A stretch of DNA of 59,344 nucleotides from an uncultured Clostridia bacterium (GTDB taxonomy: Bacteria; Bacillota; Clostridia; TANB77; CAG-508), in NCBI GenBank assembly GCA_934132805.1, contig CAKPAB010000002.1:1-59344 (forward strand), read 5' to 3'. The number at the start of each line of letters is the position of its first letter. Within the stretch, counting starts at the first letter, position 1. Under the pieces are notes generated by a model, which searched no databases, was not told the DNA's origin, and was given only the letters and a program-made list of their open reading frames with translations. A program made the position numbers and the translations under genes. Positions 29,130 through 38,916 of the stretch are shown piece after piece.

Positions 29130-29739
29130 GTTCATTAAAAAGACAATAAAAGCAACTATTATTGACGTAATAGTTGCTTTATTAATTGCAACACTTATAA
29201 TAGTAAGCATACAACTATTTTTTGGGGCAAAAATAGAAGAAACAATATCACTTGTAAACAAGGTTGCAATAGACTTAAACCAAAAAGAAATAAAAGAAAC
29301 AACCATAAATAACGATAATAAAATAGAAAACTATCCAGAATATGGAACACAATACGCAACAATAGAAATACCAAAAATCGACATAAACCTTCCTGTTTAT
29401 TTTGGAGACACACTAGAAATATTAAAAAAAGGCGTAGGACACTCAAGCGGAAGCTACTTCCCAGGAGAAGGTGGTAGCATTATTTACATGGGACATAATT
29501 CAAAAAAAGTATTTAGAAGATTTTCAGAGCTACAAATTGGAAATGAAATAACCGTAAAAACAGATTACGGAGAATATAAATACAAAATTTATGACATGCA
29601 ATTAATAAAAGAAACAGAAATAGACAAATTACCAATTCAAAAAGAAAAAGAAATTTTAATGATATATACATGCTATCCATTTAACAATATAGGATATGCA
29701 ACACAAAGATATGTAGTATATGCAGAATTAGAAAAGTAG
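29116..29739 (+). CDS. Sortase (cysteine transpeptidase)
   Basis: N-terminal TM segment, His motif IIYMGHN, catalytic LMIYTCYPF (TLxTC-like) and a C-terminal QRYVVYA Arg. Confidence 0.85.
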   Translation: MLMPKFIKKTIKATIIDVIVALLIATLIIVSIQLFFGAKIEETISLVNKVAIDLNQKEIKETTINNDNKIENYPEYGTQYATIEIPKIDINLPVYFGDTLEILKKGVGHSSGSYFPGEGGSIIYMGHNSKKVFRRFSELQIGNEITVKTDYGEYKYKIYDMQLIKETEIDKLPIQKEKEILMIYTCYPFNNIGYATQRYVVYAELEK

Positions 29740-29754
29740 AAGGGAGATACAAAA

Positions 29755-30597
29755 TTGAAAAAGATTCTAAGATATATAATAGCAATTCTACTAACTATTG
29801 TAATAATAGCATTTTTATTAATAAATTTGTTATCTTCTACAATTCTAAGTGAACAATATATTTTAAGCAAATTAGAAGAAACAGATTACTATAATAAAAT
29901 GTATCAATATGTAGAATCAAGTTTCGAAAATTACATTTATCAATCAGGATTAGACGAAAACGTACTAGAAGATATAGTATCAAAAGAAAAGATAGAAAAA
30001 GACACCAAAATTATTATAGGAAATATATATGACGGCAGAAACGAAAAAATAGACACACAAGAAATAAAAGATAACTTAAATGCAAATATAAATAAAAGTT
30101 TAGGAAATAAAAAACTCAATACAACACAAAAAACAGCAATAGACACATTTATAGATGAAATAACAAATGAATATAAAACTGCCATGTCACACACAAACTA
30201 TGAACAACAAATAAATAACATATATTCAAAAGGAATAAAATATGTTAATATATTAAAAAAAGCATTGTTGATATCAATTGCAGTTCTAATAATTTTACTA
30301 ATAGTATTAAGCTTGACAAAAATATATAAAGTCTTTGCTATGGCAGGGATTTCAATGTTATCAAGTGGGATTTTATTTGGAATAACCAATTGGTATATAA
30401 CATCAAAAATAAAAATACAGACAATTACAATATTAAATGATGCAGTTTCAGATACTGTTAGAAATATTTTACAAGAAATAATGAACACAGTAAAAAATGA
30501 AGCAGTCATACTTACTTTAATAGGAATAATACTTATAATAATTCCTAGTCTAATACATTATTATAAAAATTCTAAAGAAGAAAAAATGCAAAAGTAA
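29755..30597 (+). CDS. Hypothetical membrane protein (280 aa)
   Basis: N-terminal TM segment, a soluble middle part and about 4 C-terminal TM segments. TTG start. No motif recognised. Confidence 0.5.
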   Translation: MKKILRYIIAILLTIVIIAFLLINLLSSTILSEQYILSKLEETDYYNKMYQYVESSFENYIYQSGLDENVLEDIVSKEKIEKDTKIIIGNIYDGRNEKIDTQEIKDNLNANINKSLGNKKLNTTQKTAIDTFIDEITNEYKTAMSHTNYEQQINNIYSKGIKYVNILKKALLISIAVLIILLIVLSLTKIYKVFAMAGISMLSSGILFGITNWYITSKIKIQTITILNDAVSDTVRNILQEIMNTVKNEAVILTLIGIILIIIPSLIHYYKNSKEEKMQK

Positions 30598-30681
30598 TAT
30601 GAAAGAACTAAAAAACATATAAAATTTTAGAAAAATCGATTGTTTTATAGCTCAATCTGTACTAAAAGGAAAGAGGGAAAA

Positions 30682-31392
30682 ATGGAAGAAATAGATTTAA
30701 AAGAATTATTAAGCTTATTTTGGAGCAAAAAAACACAAATAATATTGATAGTACTAATTTTTATGATATTAGGAGTAATTTATACAATAGGTTTTGTAAC
30801 ACCAATGTACAGTTCATCTACAACATTAGTATTAGCATCATCTAACAGCAATCAAGCAACAGCAAATACAATAACAGCAACAGACATAACAGTAAACTCA
30901 AAATTAGTATCAACATATAGTGAAATAGTAAAAAGCAAAAACATAATGAGACAAGTTATCTCAAATCTAGGAATAAAAATTGATGAAAACGCATTAAGAA
31001 AACATGTAACTGTAAGTTCAGTAAAAGACACAGAATTAATAGAAATAACAGTAACAAACGAAAATCCAAGTAATGCTTCAAAAATAGCAAACGAAATATC
31101 AAAAGTATTTATTGACAAAATTAAAGATATATACAATATAGAAAATATACAAATAGTTGACGAAGCAGAAGTAAGTACAGCACCATCAAATATAAATCAT
31201 ACAAAAGATGTAATAATATTTACATTAGTAGGAATAGTAGTAGCAATAGGATATGTATTAGTAGCAAATATGTTAGATACAACTATAAAATCAGCAGAAG
31301 AGGTTGAAAAGGAATTTAAAATACCAGTACTTGCAACAATACCATTATATAACTTTGAGCCTGCTAAAAACAAAGGAGGAAAAACAAAATAA
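30682..31392 (+). CDS. Polysaccharide chain-length determinant / tyrosine-kinase modulator (Wzz, CpsC/YveK type)
   Basis: MEEIDLKELLSLFWSKKTQIILIVLIFMILGVIYT..., a periplasmic helical domain and a C-terminal TM segment. It sits directly upstream of the BY-kinase. Confidence 0.85.
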   Translation: MEEIDLKELLSLFWSKKTQIILIVLIFMILGVIYTIGFVTPMYSSSTTLVLASSNSNQATANTITATDITVNSKLVSTYSEIVKSKNIMRQVISNLGIKIDENALRKHVTVSSVKDTELIEITVTNENPSNASKIANEISKVFIDKIKDIYNIENIQIVDEAEVSTAPSNINHTKDVIIFTLVGIVVAIGYVLVANMLDTTIKSAEEVEKEFKIPVLATIPLYNFEPAKNKGGKTK

Positions 31393-32345
31393 TGAAAATA
31401 AAAAAAGAACTTATAACACAAAGAGACCCAAAATCGCCAGTATCAGAGACATTTAGAACACTAAGGACAAACATACAATTCATGAATGCAAACAAAAAAT
31501 TAAAAACATTACTAGTAACATCAACTTTCCCAAGTGAAGGAAAAAGTTGGGTTGCAGCAAATTTAGCAGTCACATTTGCACAAGCAGATAACAAAGTAAT
31601 ATTGATAGATGCAGACATGAGAAAAGGAAGACAATACTCAATATTTGGAGTATCACCACGCCCAGGACTTTCTAATTACTTATCAGGAATGGATGTTCCA
31701 GAAGGTCAAGAGCCAGATATCACAAATTATCTACAAAAAACAGAGATAGAAAACTTATTAATAATGACAGCTGGAAACATACCACCAAATCCATCAGAAT
31801 TATTAGTGTCACCACAAATGACTAAATTATTAAGCGACTTAAAAGAAGCTTGTGACATAATAATAATAGATGGAACACCATGTGAACTAGTTACAGATTC
31901 AGTTATTTTATCAAGAATAGCAGACTCAACATTAATAGTTACAGCACACAAAGAAACAAAAAAAGACAATTTGGAAAGAGTAATAAAAAACATACAAAAC
32001 GTAGGTGGACATTTAGCAGGAATTGTATTAAACAAAATGTCTGTATCTGTAAAAAAATATAATGAAAAATATTATTATTATGGATCAACAGGAGCATCAC
32101 TTAGCCAAGCAAGTAGAAATGAAATAAAAGAAAAAGCATACAATATTTTAAAACAAAATGACAAAGACAATAATGAAAGAAAAAAAGAATATAATAATAT
32201 AAACATCGAAAAAGAAAGCAATTCAAACAATGATTTAGAAAGACCAAGTTTTGTAAATAATGGAACAGACTCAGAACTAGGAAAAGCACAAGATATATTA
32301 AAACAAATAAATTCATATTTAGATAATGAAAAGAAAAATTTATAA
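31392..32345 (+). CDS. Protein-tyrosine kinase (BY-kinase, CpsD/YwqD type) with a long C-terminal extension
   Basis: Walker A SEGKS, ILIDADMRKG, Walker B IIIDGTP and the Tyr cluster KYYYYG. About 86 further residues follow the Tyr cluster. Confidence 0.88.
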   Translation: MKIKKELITQRDPKSPVSETFRTLRTNIQFMNANKKLKTLLVTSTFPSEGKSWVAANLAVTFAQADNKVILIDADMRKGRQYSIFGVSPRPGLSNYLSGMDVPEGQEPDITNYLQKTEIENLLIMTAGNIPPNPSELLVSPQMTKLLSDLKEACDIIIIDGTPCELVTDSVILSRIADSTLIVTAHKETKKDNLERVIKNIQNVGGHLAGIVLNKMSVSVKKYNEKYYYYGSTGASLSQASRNEIKEKAYNILKQNDKDNNERKKEYNNINIEKESNSNNDLERPSFVNNGTDSELGKAQDILKQINSYLDNEKKNL

Positions 32346-32373
32346 TAGAAACAGAAGAAAGAGGAGAGCAGAA

Positions 32374-33174
32374 ATGATAGACTTTCATACACATATATTG
32401 CCAAATATAGATGACGGAGCAAGAAATATAGATGAAACAATAGAACTAATAAAGGAAGCCAAAGAAGCAGGCTTTGACGAAATAATACTAACATCACATT
32501 ACATCGAAAATTACTATGAAACAGACGTACCAGAAAGAGATATGTGGGTAAAAGCTATAAGTGATAATTTAAAAGGAAAAGGAATAGAAACAAACTTATA
32601 TTTAGGAAATGAAATTTATATATCAGATAATATGATGCAATTATTAATAGATGGAAAAGCATCAACTATAAATAATAGTTGCTATGTTTTATTTGAAATG
32701 CCACTAAATGCAGAGCCAATGGATTTATATAATGTAATATATTCTTTGCAAGAGAATAAACTAATACCAGTATTAGCACATCCAGAAAGATATTCATTTG
32801 TACAAAAAGAGCCAGAATTAATATATGATTTAATAGAAAAAGGTGTATTAATGCAAGCAAATTATGGAAGTATTTTAGGACAATATGGAAAAAATGCCGA
32901 AATGATAGTAAGAAAATTTTACGAAAACAATATGATACATTTTTTAGGAAGTGACGTTCACAGAGCAAATACAATATACAAAAAAATACCAGAAGCAATT
33001 GAAGAAATTAGTGCAATTATAGGAGAAGAAAAAGTAAAAGAATTAACAACAACAAACCCAAAATTAGTTTTACAAAACAAAAGAATAGATATTGATGACC
33101 CAATAGAATTTAGTTTAACATTAAAAGAAAAGATAATAATGACTTTAAAAAAATTATCTAGAAGGGAAGTATAA
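32374..33174 (+). CDS. PHP-family protein-tyrosine phosphatase (CpsB/YwqE type)
   Basis: MIDFHTHILPNIDDGA..., LAHPERY and GSDVH motifs. Start at ATG 32374 after GAGGAG. Confidence 0.88.
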   Translation: MIDFHTHILPNIDDGARNIDETIELIKEAKEAGFDEIILTSHYIENYYETDVPERDMWVKAISDNLKGKGIETNLYLGNEIYISDNMMQLLIDGKASTINNSCYVLFEMPLNAEPMDLYNVIYSLQENKLIPVLAHPERYSFVQKEPELIYDLIEKGVLMQANYGSILGQYGKNAEMIVRKFYENNMIHFLGSDVHRANTIYKKIPEAIEEISAIIGEEKVKELTTTNPKLVLQNKRIDIDDPIEFSLTLKEKIIMTLKKLSRREV

Positions 33175-33176
33175 TT

Positions 33177-34541
33177 ATGAGAAAATATTTTGGAACAGAT
33201 GGAATAAGAAGAATTGCAAACACAGAACTTACACCAGAGTTAGTATATAAAGTAGCAAAAGCAGGTGCATATGTATTATCAAAACACACAGATCATGCAC
33301 CAACAATATTAATAGGAAGAGACACAAGAATATCAGGAACACTAATAGAAAGTGCAATGGTAGCAGGATTTTTAAGTTATGGAGCAAATGTTAAATTATT
33401 AGGAGTTATACCAACACCAGCAGTTGCTTATTTAACAAGAAAATTACAAGCAGATGCAAGTGTAGTAATATCAGCATCACATAATACATTTGAATTTAAT
33501 GGAATAAAATATTTTAGCAATAAAGGTATGAAAATTCCAGATAGTCTAGAAGAAGAAATAGAAGAAGTAATGGACTCAGGCAAAATCGACGAATTAACAG
33601 CAGTAAGCAGCAAAATAGGCATATCTGAATATAGAGCAGACTTACTAGACGAATATGTTTATTTCTTTAGAAAAAACTTTGATGATATTTTTGAAAAATT
33701 AAATAGAGATGATTTTGTAGTAGGTGTGGACACAGCAAATGGCGCAACATCAGTAGTAGCTGAAAAAGTATTTAAAGCATTAGGCATAAAATATAAAATA
33801 ATAAATAACCATCCAGATGGAATAAACATAAACGAAAATTGTGGATCAACACATTTAGAATCATTAAAAAAATTCGTAATAGAAAACAAACTAAGCCTTG
33901 GAGTTGCATATGATGGTGACGGAGATAGATGTTTAGCAGTTGACGAAAAAGGAAACGAAATAGATGGAGATATGATAATGGCAATTGTATCAAACTATCT
34001 AAAGAAAAAAGGAAAGTTATCAAAAGACACAGTTGTTGCAACAGTAATGAGTAACTTAGGATTACACAAATATACTAGAGACAATGGATTAGAACTTGTT
34101 CAAACAAAAGTAGGAGACAGATATGTATTAGAAGAAATGCTAAAAGATGGATATAATCTAGGAGGAGAACAATCAGGACATGTAATTTTACTAGATTATA
34201 ACCCAACTGGAGACGGAATATTAACATCATTAATGTTAATACAAGCGATATTAGAAGAAAAAGAAACTGCATCAAAAATGGCAGAAATAATAAAATTATA
34301 TCCACAAGTATTAATAAATGCAAAAGTGAACTCAGAGAAAAAATATGATTACGAAAAAGATGATGAAATAAAAAGTGCAATAGAAAAACTAGAAAAAGAA
34401 TTTGCAGGAAATGGTAGAGTACTAATAAGACCTTCTGGAACAGAGCCATTAGTAAGGGTTATGATTGAAGGAGAAGACCAAGAATATATAACTAAAAAAG
34501 CAAAAGAAATTGCAGATTTAATAGAAGAAAAATTAAAATAA
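33177..34541 (+). CDS. glmM: Phosphoglucosamine mutase
   Basis: GTDGIRR, active-site SASHN, DGDGDR and GGEQSGH motifs. Confidence 0.95.
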   Translation: MRKYFGTDGIRRIANTELTPELVYKVAKAGAYVLSKHTDHAPTILIGRDTRISGTLIESAMVAGFLSYGANVKLLGVIPTPAVAYLTRKLQADASVVISASHNTFEFNGIKYFSNKGMKIPDSLEEEIEEVMDSGKIDELTAVSSKIGISEYRADLLDEYVYFFRKNFDDIFEKLNRDDFVVGVDTANGATSVVAEKVFKALGIKYKIINNHPDGININENCGSTHLESLKKFVIENKLSLGVAYDGDGDRCLAVDEKGNEIDGDMIMAIVSNYLKKKGKLSKDTVVATVMSNLGLHKYTRDNGLELVQTKVGDRYVLEEMLKDGYNLGGEQSGHVILLDYNPTGDGILTSLMLIQAILEEKETASKMAEIIKLYPQVLINAKVNSEKKYDYEKDDEIKSAIEKLEKEFAGNGRVLIRPSGTEPLVRVMIEGEDQEYITKKAKEIADLIEEKLK

Positions 34542-34571
34542 ATACAGTACAAAAGAAAAGGGGGGAGAAAT

Positions 34572-34913
34572 ATGTTTATTTTCGACTTAACAAATTTAAT
34601 CATACTAGTATTAGCAACAATTGTAACAGTATTATTAATATTTTTATCACAAGAACTAAAAAAGAGTGTGATAGCAATGATACCATTATTTGCATTTGTG
34701 ATAGACCTAATAATACACACTGTTCAAGCTTTAACTTTAAATGCTGAATATTCATATTTATTTGGAACTTTAACAGCAAATATGGCTATAGACTTTGCAT
34801 TTTTATTAGTTACATTTTTAGCATATCTATGGGCTGACAATGTTGAAGCAAAGGCATACAATAAAAAGACAATTAACAGCAAAGACATTGATTGGTTATT
34901 TAAACAAGTATAA
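34572..34913 (+). CDS. Hypothetical small membrane protein (3 TM segments, 113 aa)
   Basis: A hydrophobic ORF with RBS GGGGGAG. Confidence 0.45.
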   Translation: MFIFDLTNLIILVLATIVTVLLIFLSQELKKSVIAMIPLFAFVIDLIIHTVQALTLNAEYSYLFGTLTANMAIDFAFLLVTFLAYLWADNVEAKAYNKKTINSKDIDWLFKQV

Positions 34914-34923
34914 AATTTAAATG

Positions 34924-34951
34924 GGGTGAGTAAAATCATCCTATTTTTTTT
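34924..34951 (+). terminator. Candidate rho-independent terminator
   Basis: Short stem GGGTGA / TCATCC (one G.U pair) followed by an 8-9 T run. Confidence 0.45.
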
Positions 34952-35073
34952 GTTCTTTCATGCTTTAAAATTGTAACCCTTATTTAACAACTTTTTTATA
35001 ATTTATTTTTATAAATATGGACAATTAATTAAAAATATTGTAAACTATAAAAGAAAAAGAAAGGAAGAGAAAA

Positions 35074-35766
35074 ATGGCAATATATACAATAGCAGACTTG
35101 CACTTATCATTCAACACAAATAAACCAATGAACATATTTGGAGAAAACTGGCAAAACTACGAAGAAAAAATAAAACAAGACTGGCAAAAAAAAGTAAAAC
35201 CAGAAGACACAATAATATTGCCAGGAGACTTCTCATGGGCTACATACTTAGACGAAACATATAAAGACTTTGAATTTATAAACAACTTACCAGGTAAAAA
35301 AATTCTACTAAAAGGAAACCATGATTATTGGTGGACAACAGTAACAAACATGAGAAAATACATAGAAGAAAAAGACTTTAAAAACATAGACTTTTTATAC
35401 AACAATAGCTATCAAATAGAAGACAAAATAATAGCAGGAACAAGAGGATGGAACATTTCTGATGACCAAGAAGACATTAGGCTAACAAACAGAGAAGTAG
35501 CAAGATTAGAAATATCTATAAAAGATGGACTATCAAAATATGGAAATAATAAAGAAATAGTAGTATTTATGCATTATCCGCCATTAACAAAAAATTATAT
35601 AAATACAGGATATACAAAAATGATGAAAAAATACAATATAAAAAAATGCTATTATGGACATCTACATGCAAACTCAATTTTAGAAGCAATAGAAGGAAAT
35701 ATAGATGGAATTAAATATAAGTTAGTAAGTAGTGACGGACTAGATTTTAAATTATTACAAATTTAA
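35074..35766 (+). CDS. Metallophosphoesterase family protein
   Basis: Calcineurin-like motifs DLHL, GDFSW, GNHDYWW, MHYPP and GHLH. Confidence 0.75.
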   Translation: MAIYTIADLHLSFNTNKPMNIFGENWQNYEEKIKQDWQKKVKPEDTIILPGDFSWATYLDETYKDFEFINNLPGKKILLKGNHDYWWTTVTNMRKYIEEKDFKNIDFLYNNSYQIEDKIIAGTRGWNISDDQEDIRLTNREVARLEISIKDGLSKYGNNKEIVVFMHYPPLTKNYINTGYTKMMKKYNIKKCYYGHLHANSILEAIEGNIDGIKYKLVSSDGLDFKLLQI

Positions 35767-35859
35767 AAAAGAAATTTGGTGTGGGCACATAATACCAAAA
35801 ATAAATTATCTAAATTTATTGTGGCAGTACCTAATCCTAGAAAATTATATGGAGAAGAA

Positions 35860-37920
35860 ATGATGAATTTAACAGAAGATGTAAAATATATAAAAGGAGT
35901 TGGACCTAATAGAGTTACACTTTTAAATAAAATAGGAATATTCAACATCCAAGACCTAATAACATACTATCCCAGAGGATATGAAGACAGAAGCAAGCCA
36001 AAAAATATATGTGAATGCGCAAATGGAGAAGTAGCATTAATAGAAGCAGTAGCAATGTCAAGACTTATAGACAGCAGAATAAGCAAGGGAAGAACAATGC
36101 AAAAACTTGCAGTTATGGATGAAACAGGACAAGCAGTAATTACATGGTTTAATCAGCCATATTTAAAATCCAAATTTCAAACAGGAAAACGATATAGATT
36201 TTATGGAAAAATCGAATTTCAATATGGAAAAATAAGCATGAATGCACCTGTATTTGATGAAATAGAAAACTCAAATAATACTGGAAAAATAATACCAATT
36301 TATCCATTAACATATAGTTTAACCCAAAACACTTTAAGAAAAATAATAGAAAATGGGTTGCAAAAAGTAAATGAACAAGGTGGCTTGCCAGAAACTTTAC
36401 CAGATTATATATTAAATGAATACAAGTTAGAAAATATAAACAAAGCAAATTATGATATACATTTTCCACATGACTTTGAAGATTTTAAAAAAGCAAGAAG
36501 AAGATTAGTTTTTGAAGAATTATTATCAACTCAGCTGGCATTACTACAATTAAAAAATAATAATTTAACAGATAAAAAAGGAATAACATTTAATAAAGAA
36601 GTAAAAATGTCAGATGTAATAAACACATTGCCATTTAAATTAACAAAAGCACAATTGCGAGTACTACAAGAAATTGACGAAAATATGGAATCAGAAAAAT
36701 CAATGAATAGGCTATTGCAAGGTGACGTAGGCTCTGGGAAAACTGTTGTTGCAATGATTACAGCATATAAAGCAGTAAAATCTGGATATCAAGCAGCAAT
36801 CTTAGCTCCAACAGCAATACTTGCAACACAACATATGGTCAATTTTGAAAAAATGCTAAATCAATTTAATATAAAATGTGAATTGCTAATATCAGGAATC
36901 AGTAAAAAGAAAAAAGAAGATATATTAGAAAGACTAAAAAATGGAGAAATTGATATATTAATTGGAACACATGCAATGCTAGAAGAAAATGTAGAATTTA
37001 AAAATCTAGGACTAGTTGTTACAGACGAGCAACATAGATTTGGAGTAAAGCAAAGAACAAAAATTGCACAAAAAGGTCAAAATCCAGATGTACTAGTAAT
37101 GTCAGCAACGCCAATTCCAAGAACACTTGCACTAATTTTATACGGAGATTTGGATATATCAATAATCGACGAACTTCCACCAAACAGAAAAACAATAGAA
37201 ACATTTGCTGTTACAAACAGGATGGAAGAAAGAGTTAATAATTTTATAAAAAAACAAATAGACGAAGGCAGACAGGCATATATTGTTTGTCCATTAGTTG
37301 AGGAGAGCGAAGAAGAGGACAACGACTTAAAAGCAGTTACAACATTATATGAAAAATGCAAAGAAGAAACATTTCATAATTATAAAGTTGAGTATATACA
37401 TGGAAAAATGAGACCAAAAGAAAAAGACAACATTATGGAACGATTCAAGAATAAGGAAATAGATATACTTATTTCAACAACTGTAATTGAGGTAGGAGTT
37501 GATGTTCCAAATGCAAATATAATGGTAATTGAAGATGCAGAAAGATTTGGCTTAGCACAATTACACCAACTACGTGGAAGAGTTGGTCGTGGAGAATATA
37601 AATCATATTGTGTTTTAAAATTTAAAGGAAAGGGTCAAAATACTAAAGAAAGAATGAAGATTATGTGTGAAACAAATGATGGTTTTCTTATTTCACAAAA
37701 AGATTTGGAATTAAGAGGCTCAGGAGATTTTTTTGGTACAATGCAACATGGCATTCCAGACTTTAAAATTGCCAATTTGTTTACAGATATGGACATTTTA
37801 AAATTGGCTCAAGAAGCGGCTGTAAAAATAGTTACTGATGACCCAAAATTAGAAAAAGAAGAAAATAAATTGCTAAAAATGACTGTGAAAAATAAATTCA
37901 CAGATAGAATTGAAATCTAA
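35860..37920 (+). CDS. recG: ATP-dependent DNA helicase RecG
   Basis: Wedge domain, Walker A GDVGSGKT, DEQHRFG and QLHQLRGRVGRG. Start taken at ATG 35860 (MMNLTEDVKYIKGVGPNR); the tracked ORF extends to 35776. Confidence 0.93.
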   Translation: MMNLTEDVKYIKGVGPNRVTLLNKIGIFNIQDLITYYPRGYEDRSKPKNICECANGEVALIEAVAMSRLIDSRISKGRTMQKLAVMDETGQAVITWFNQPYLKSKFQTGKRYRFYGKIEFQYGKISMNAPVFDEIENSNNTGKIIPIYPLTYSLTQNTLRKIIENGLQKVNEQGGLPETLPDYILNEYKLENINKANYDIHFPHDFEDFKKARRRLVFEELLSTQLALLQLKNNNLTDKKGITFNKEVKMSDVINTLPFKLTKAQLRVLQEIDENMESEKSMNRLLQGDVGSGKTVVAMITAYKAVKSGYQAAILAPTAILATQHMVNFEKMLNQFNIKCELLISGISKKKKEDILERLKNGEIDILIGTHAMLEENVEFKNLGLVVTDEQHRFGVKQRTKIAQKGQNPDVLVMSATPIPRTLALILYGDLDISIIDELPPNRKTIETFAVTNRMEERVNNFIKKQIDEGRQAYIVCPLVEESEEEDNDLKAVTTLYEKCKEETFHNYKVEYIHGKMRPKEKDNIMERFKNKEIDILISTTVIEVGVDVPNANIMVIEDAERFGLAQLHQLRGRVGRGEYKSYCVLKFKGKGQNTKERMKIMCETNDGFLISQKDLELRGSGDFFGTMQHGIPDFKIANLFTDMDILKLAQEAAVKIVTDDPKLEKEENKLLKMTVKNKFTDRIEI

Positions 37921-37924
37921 AACT

Positions 37925-38063
37925 TGTCAAAAGGGCCGCCCTTTTTTGACAGAAAAAAGAAAACTGCCAAAAAGTCCGGCCCATCTGCCAAAAAAGAAAT
38001 CTGTCAAAAAGGCCCGTCCCTTCTGACAAGAAAATCGGTCAAAAAAGCCCGGCCCTTTTGACA
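37925..38063. repeat. Array C of the palindromic element (4 copies, two degenerate)
   Basis: Copies at 37925..37951, 37965..37990 (TGCCA arms), 38002..38028 and 38038..38063. Confidence 0.85.
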
Positions 38064-38079
38064 AAAATGGAGGAGAAAG

Positions 38080-38898
38080 ATGATAATATTTGGAATAGAT
38101 ATAAGAGTATATTTTCTACTATTTTTAACATATTCTATTGTAGGATGGTGCATGGAAGTAGTAGGCAAATTAATAGAGAAAAAGAAATTTATAAACCGAG
38201 GTTTTTTAATAGGTCCATATTGTCCAATATATGGAACAGGAGCAATATTAATAACATTTTTACTTAAAAAATACATACCAGCCCCATTTGTATTATTTAT
38301 CATGGCAATTTTAGTTTGTGGAACACTAGAATATTTAACAAGTTATTTTATGGAAAAGATATTTCATGCAAGATGGTGGGACTATAGCCAAAGAAAGTTC
38401 AACATAAATGGAAGAGTATGTTTAAATACAATAATTCCATTTGGTCTATTAGGAATGTTTATAATGTATGTTTCAAACCCATTTTTAATTGGAAAATTTG
38501 AAGCGTTACCAGAACTAGTATTAAATATACTATTTTGGGCATTACTAGCAGTATGCGTATTAGACAATATTATTTCAGCAAACGTAATTAGTTATGTTGG
38601 AAAAACCACAAAAGAGTTTGGAAAACATTTAGACAACACGGAAGAAATAACAAGAAAAGTAAAAGAGGCGCTTTTAGGAAAATCTGGACTATATAAAAGG
38701 TTGTTAGACGCATATCCAAAAGTACAATCTATAAAAGTAAAAATCAAAGAGAAAAAAGATGAAATAAAAAGACAAGTAGAAGAGCAAACAGATGAACTTA
38801 AGGAAAATATCAATAAACAAAAACGAGAAATTATTGATAAAGTTGGAAATTTAAAAGATTTACCTAAGAAAGCAAAAAACAAAAAAGATATTAAATAA
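38080..38898 (+). CDS. Membrane protein of the 'putative ABC-transporter type IV' (PF06541/DUF1113-like) family with a Lys-rich coiled-coil tail
   Basis: YSIVGWCMEVVGKLIEKKKFINRGFLIGPYCPIYGTGAIL resembles the family signature. Confidence 0.65.
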   Translation: MIIFGIDIRVYFLLFLTYSIVGWCMEVVGKLIEKKKFINRGFLIGPYCPIYGTGAILITFLLKKYIPAPFVLFIMAILVCGTLEYLTSYFMEKIFHARWWDYSQRKFNINGRVCLNTIIPFGLLGMFIMYVSNPFLIGKFEALPELVLNILFWALLAVCVLDNIISANVISYVGKTTKEFGKHLDNTEEITRKVKEALLGKSGLYKRLLDAYPKVQSIKVKIKEKKDEIKRQVEEQTDELKENINKQKREIIDKVGNLKDLPKKAKNKKDIK

Positions 38899-38916
38899 AA
38901 GTAAAGGAAAAGGGCA

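Noticed and set aside
22394-30597. The idea that the accessory block between the two halves of the polysaccharide locus is a prophage, ICE or transposon.
   Set aside because: I can see no integrase, transposase, relaxase, phage structural genes, terminal inverted repeats or flanking direct repeats. Only the HigBA module is of a typical 'mobile' type.
38004-38303. ORFs 38004..38303 (-) and 38058..38267 (+) across repeat array C and the start of the PF06541-like gene.
   Set aside because: They overlap the repeat array or the well-supported 38080..38898 gene in alternative frames, and show no motif or RBS.
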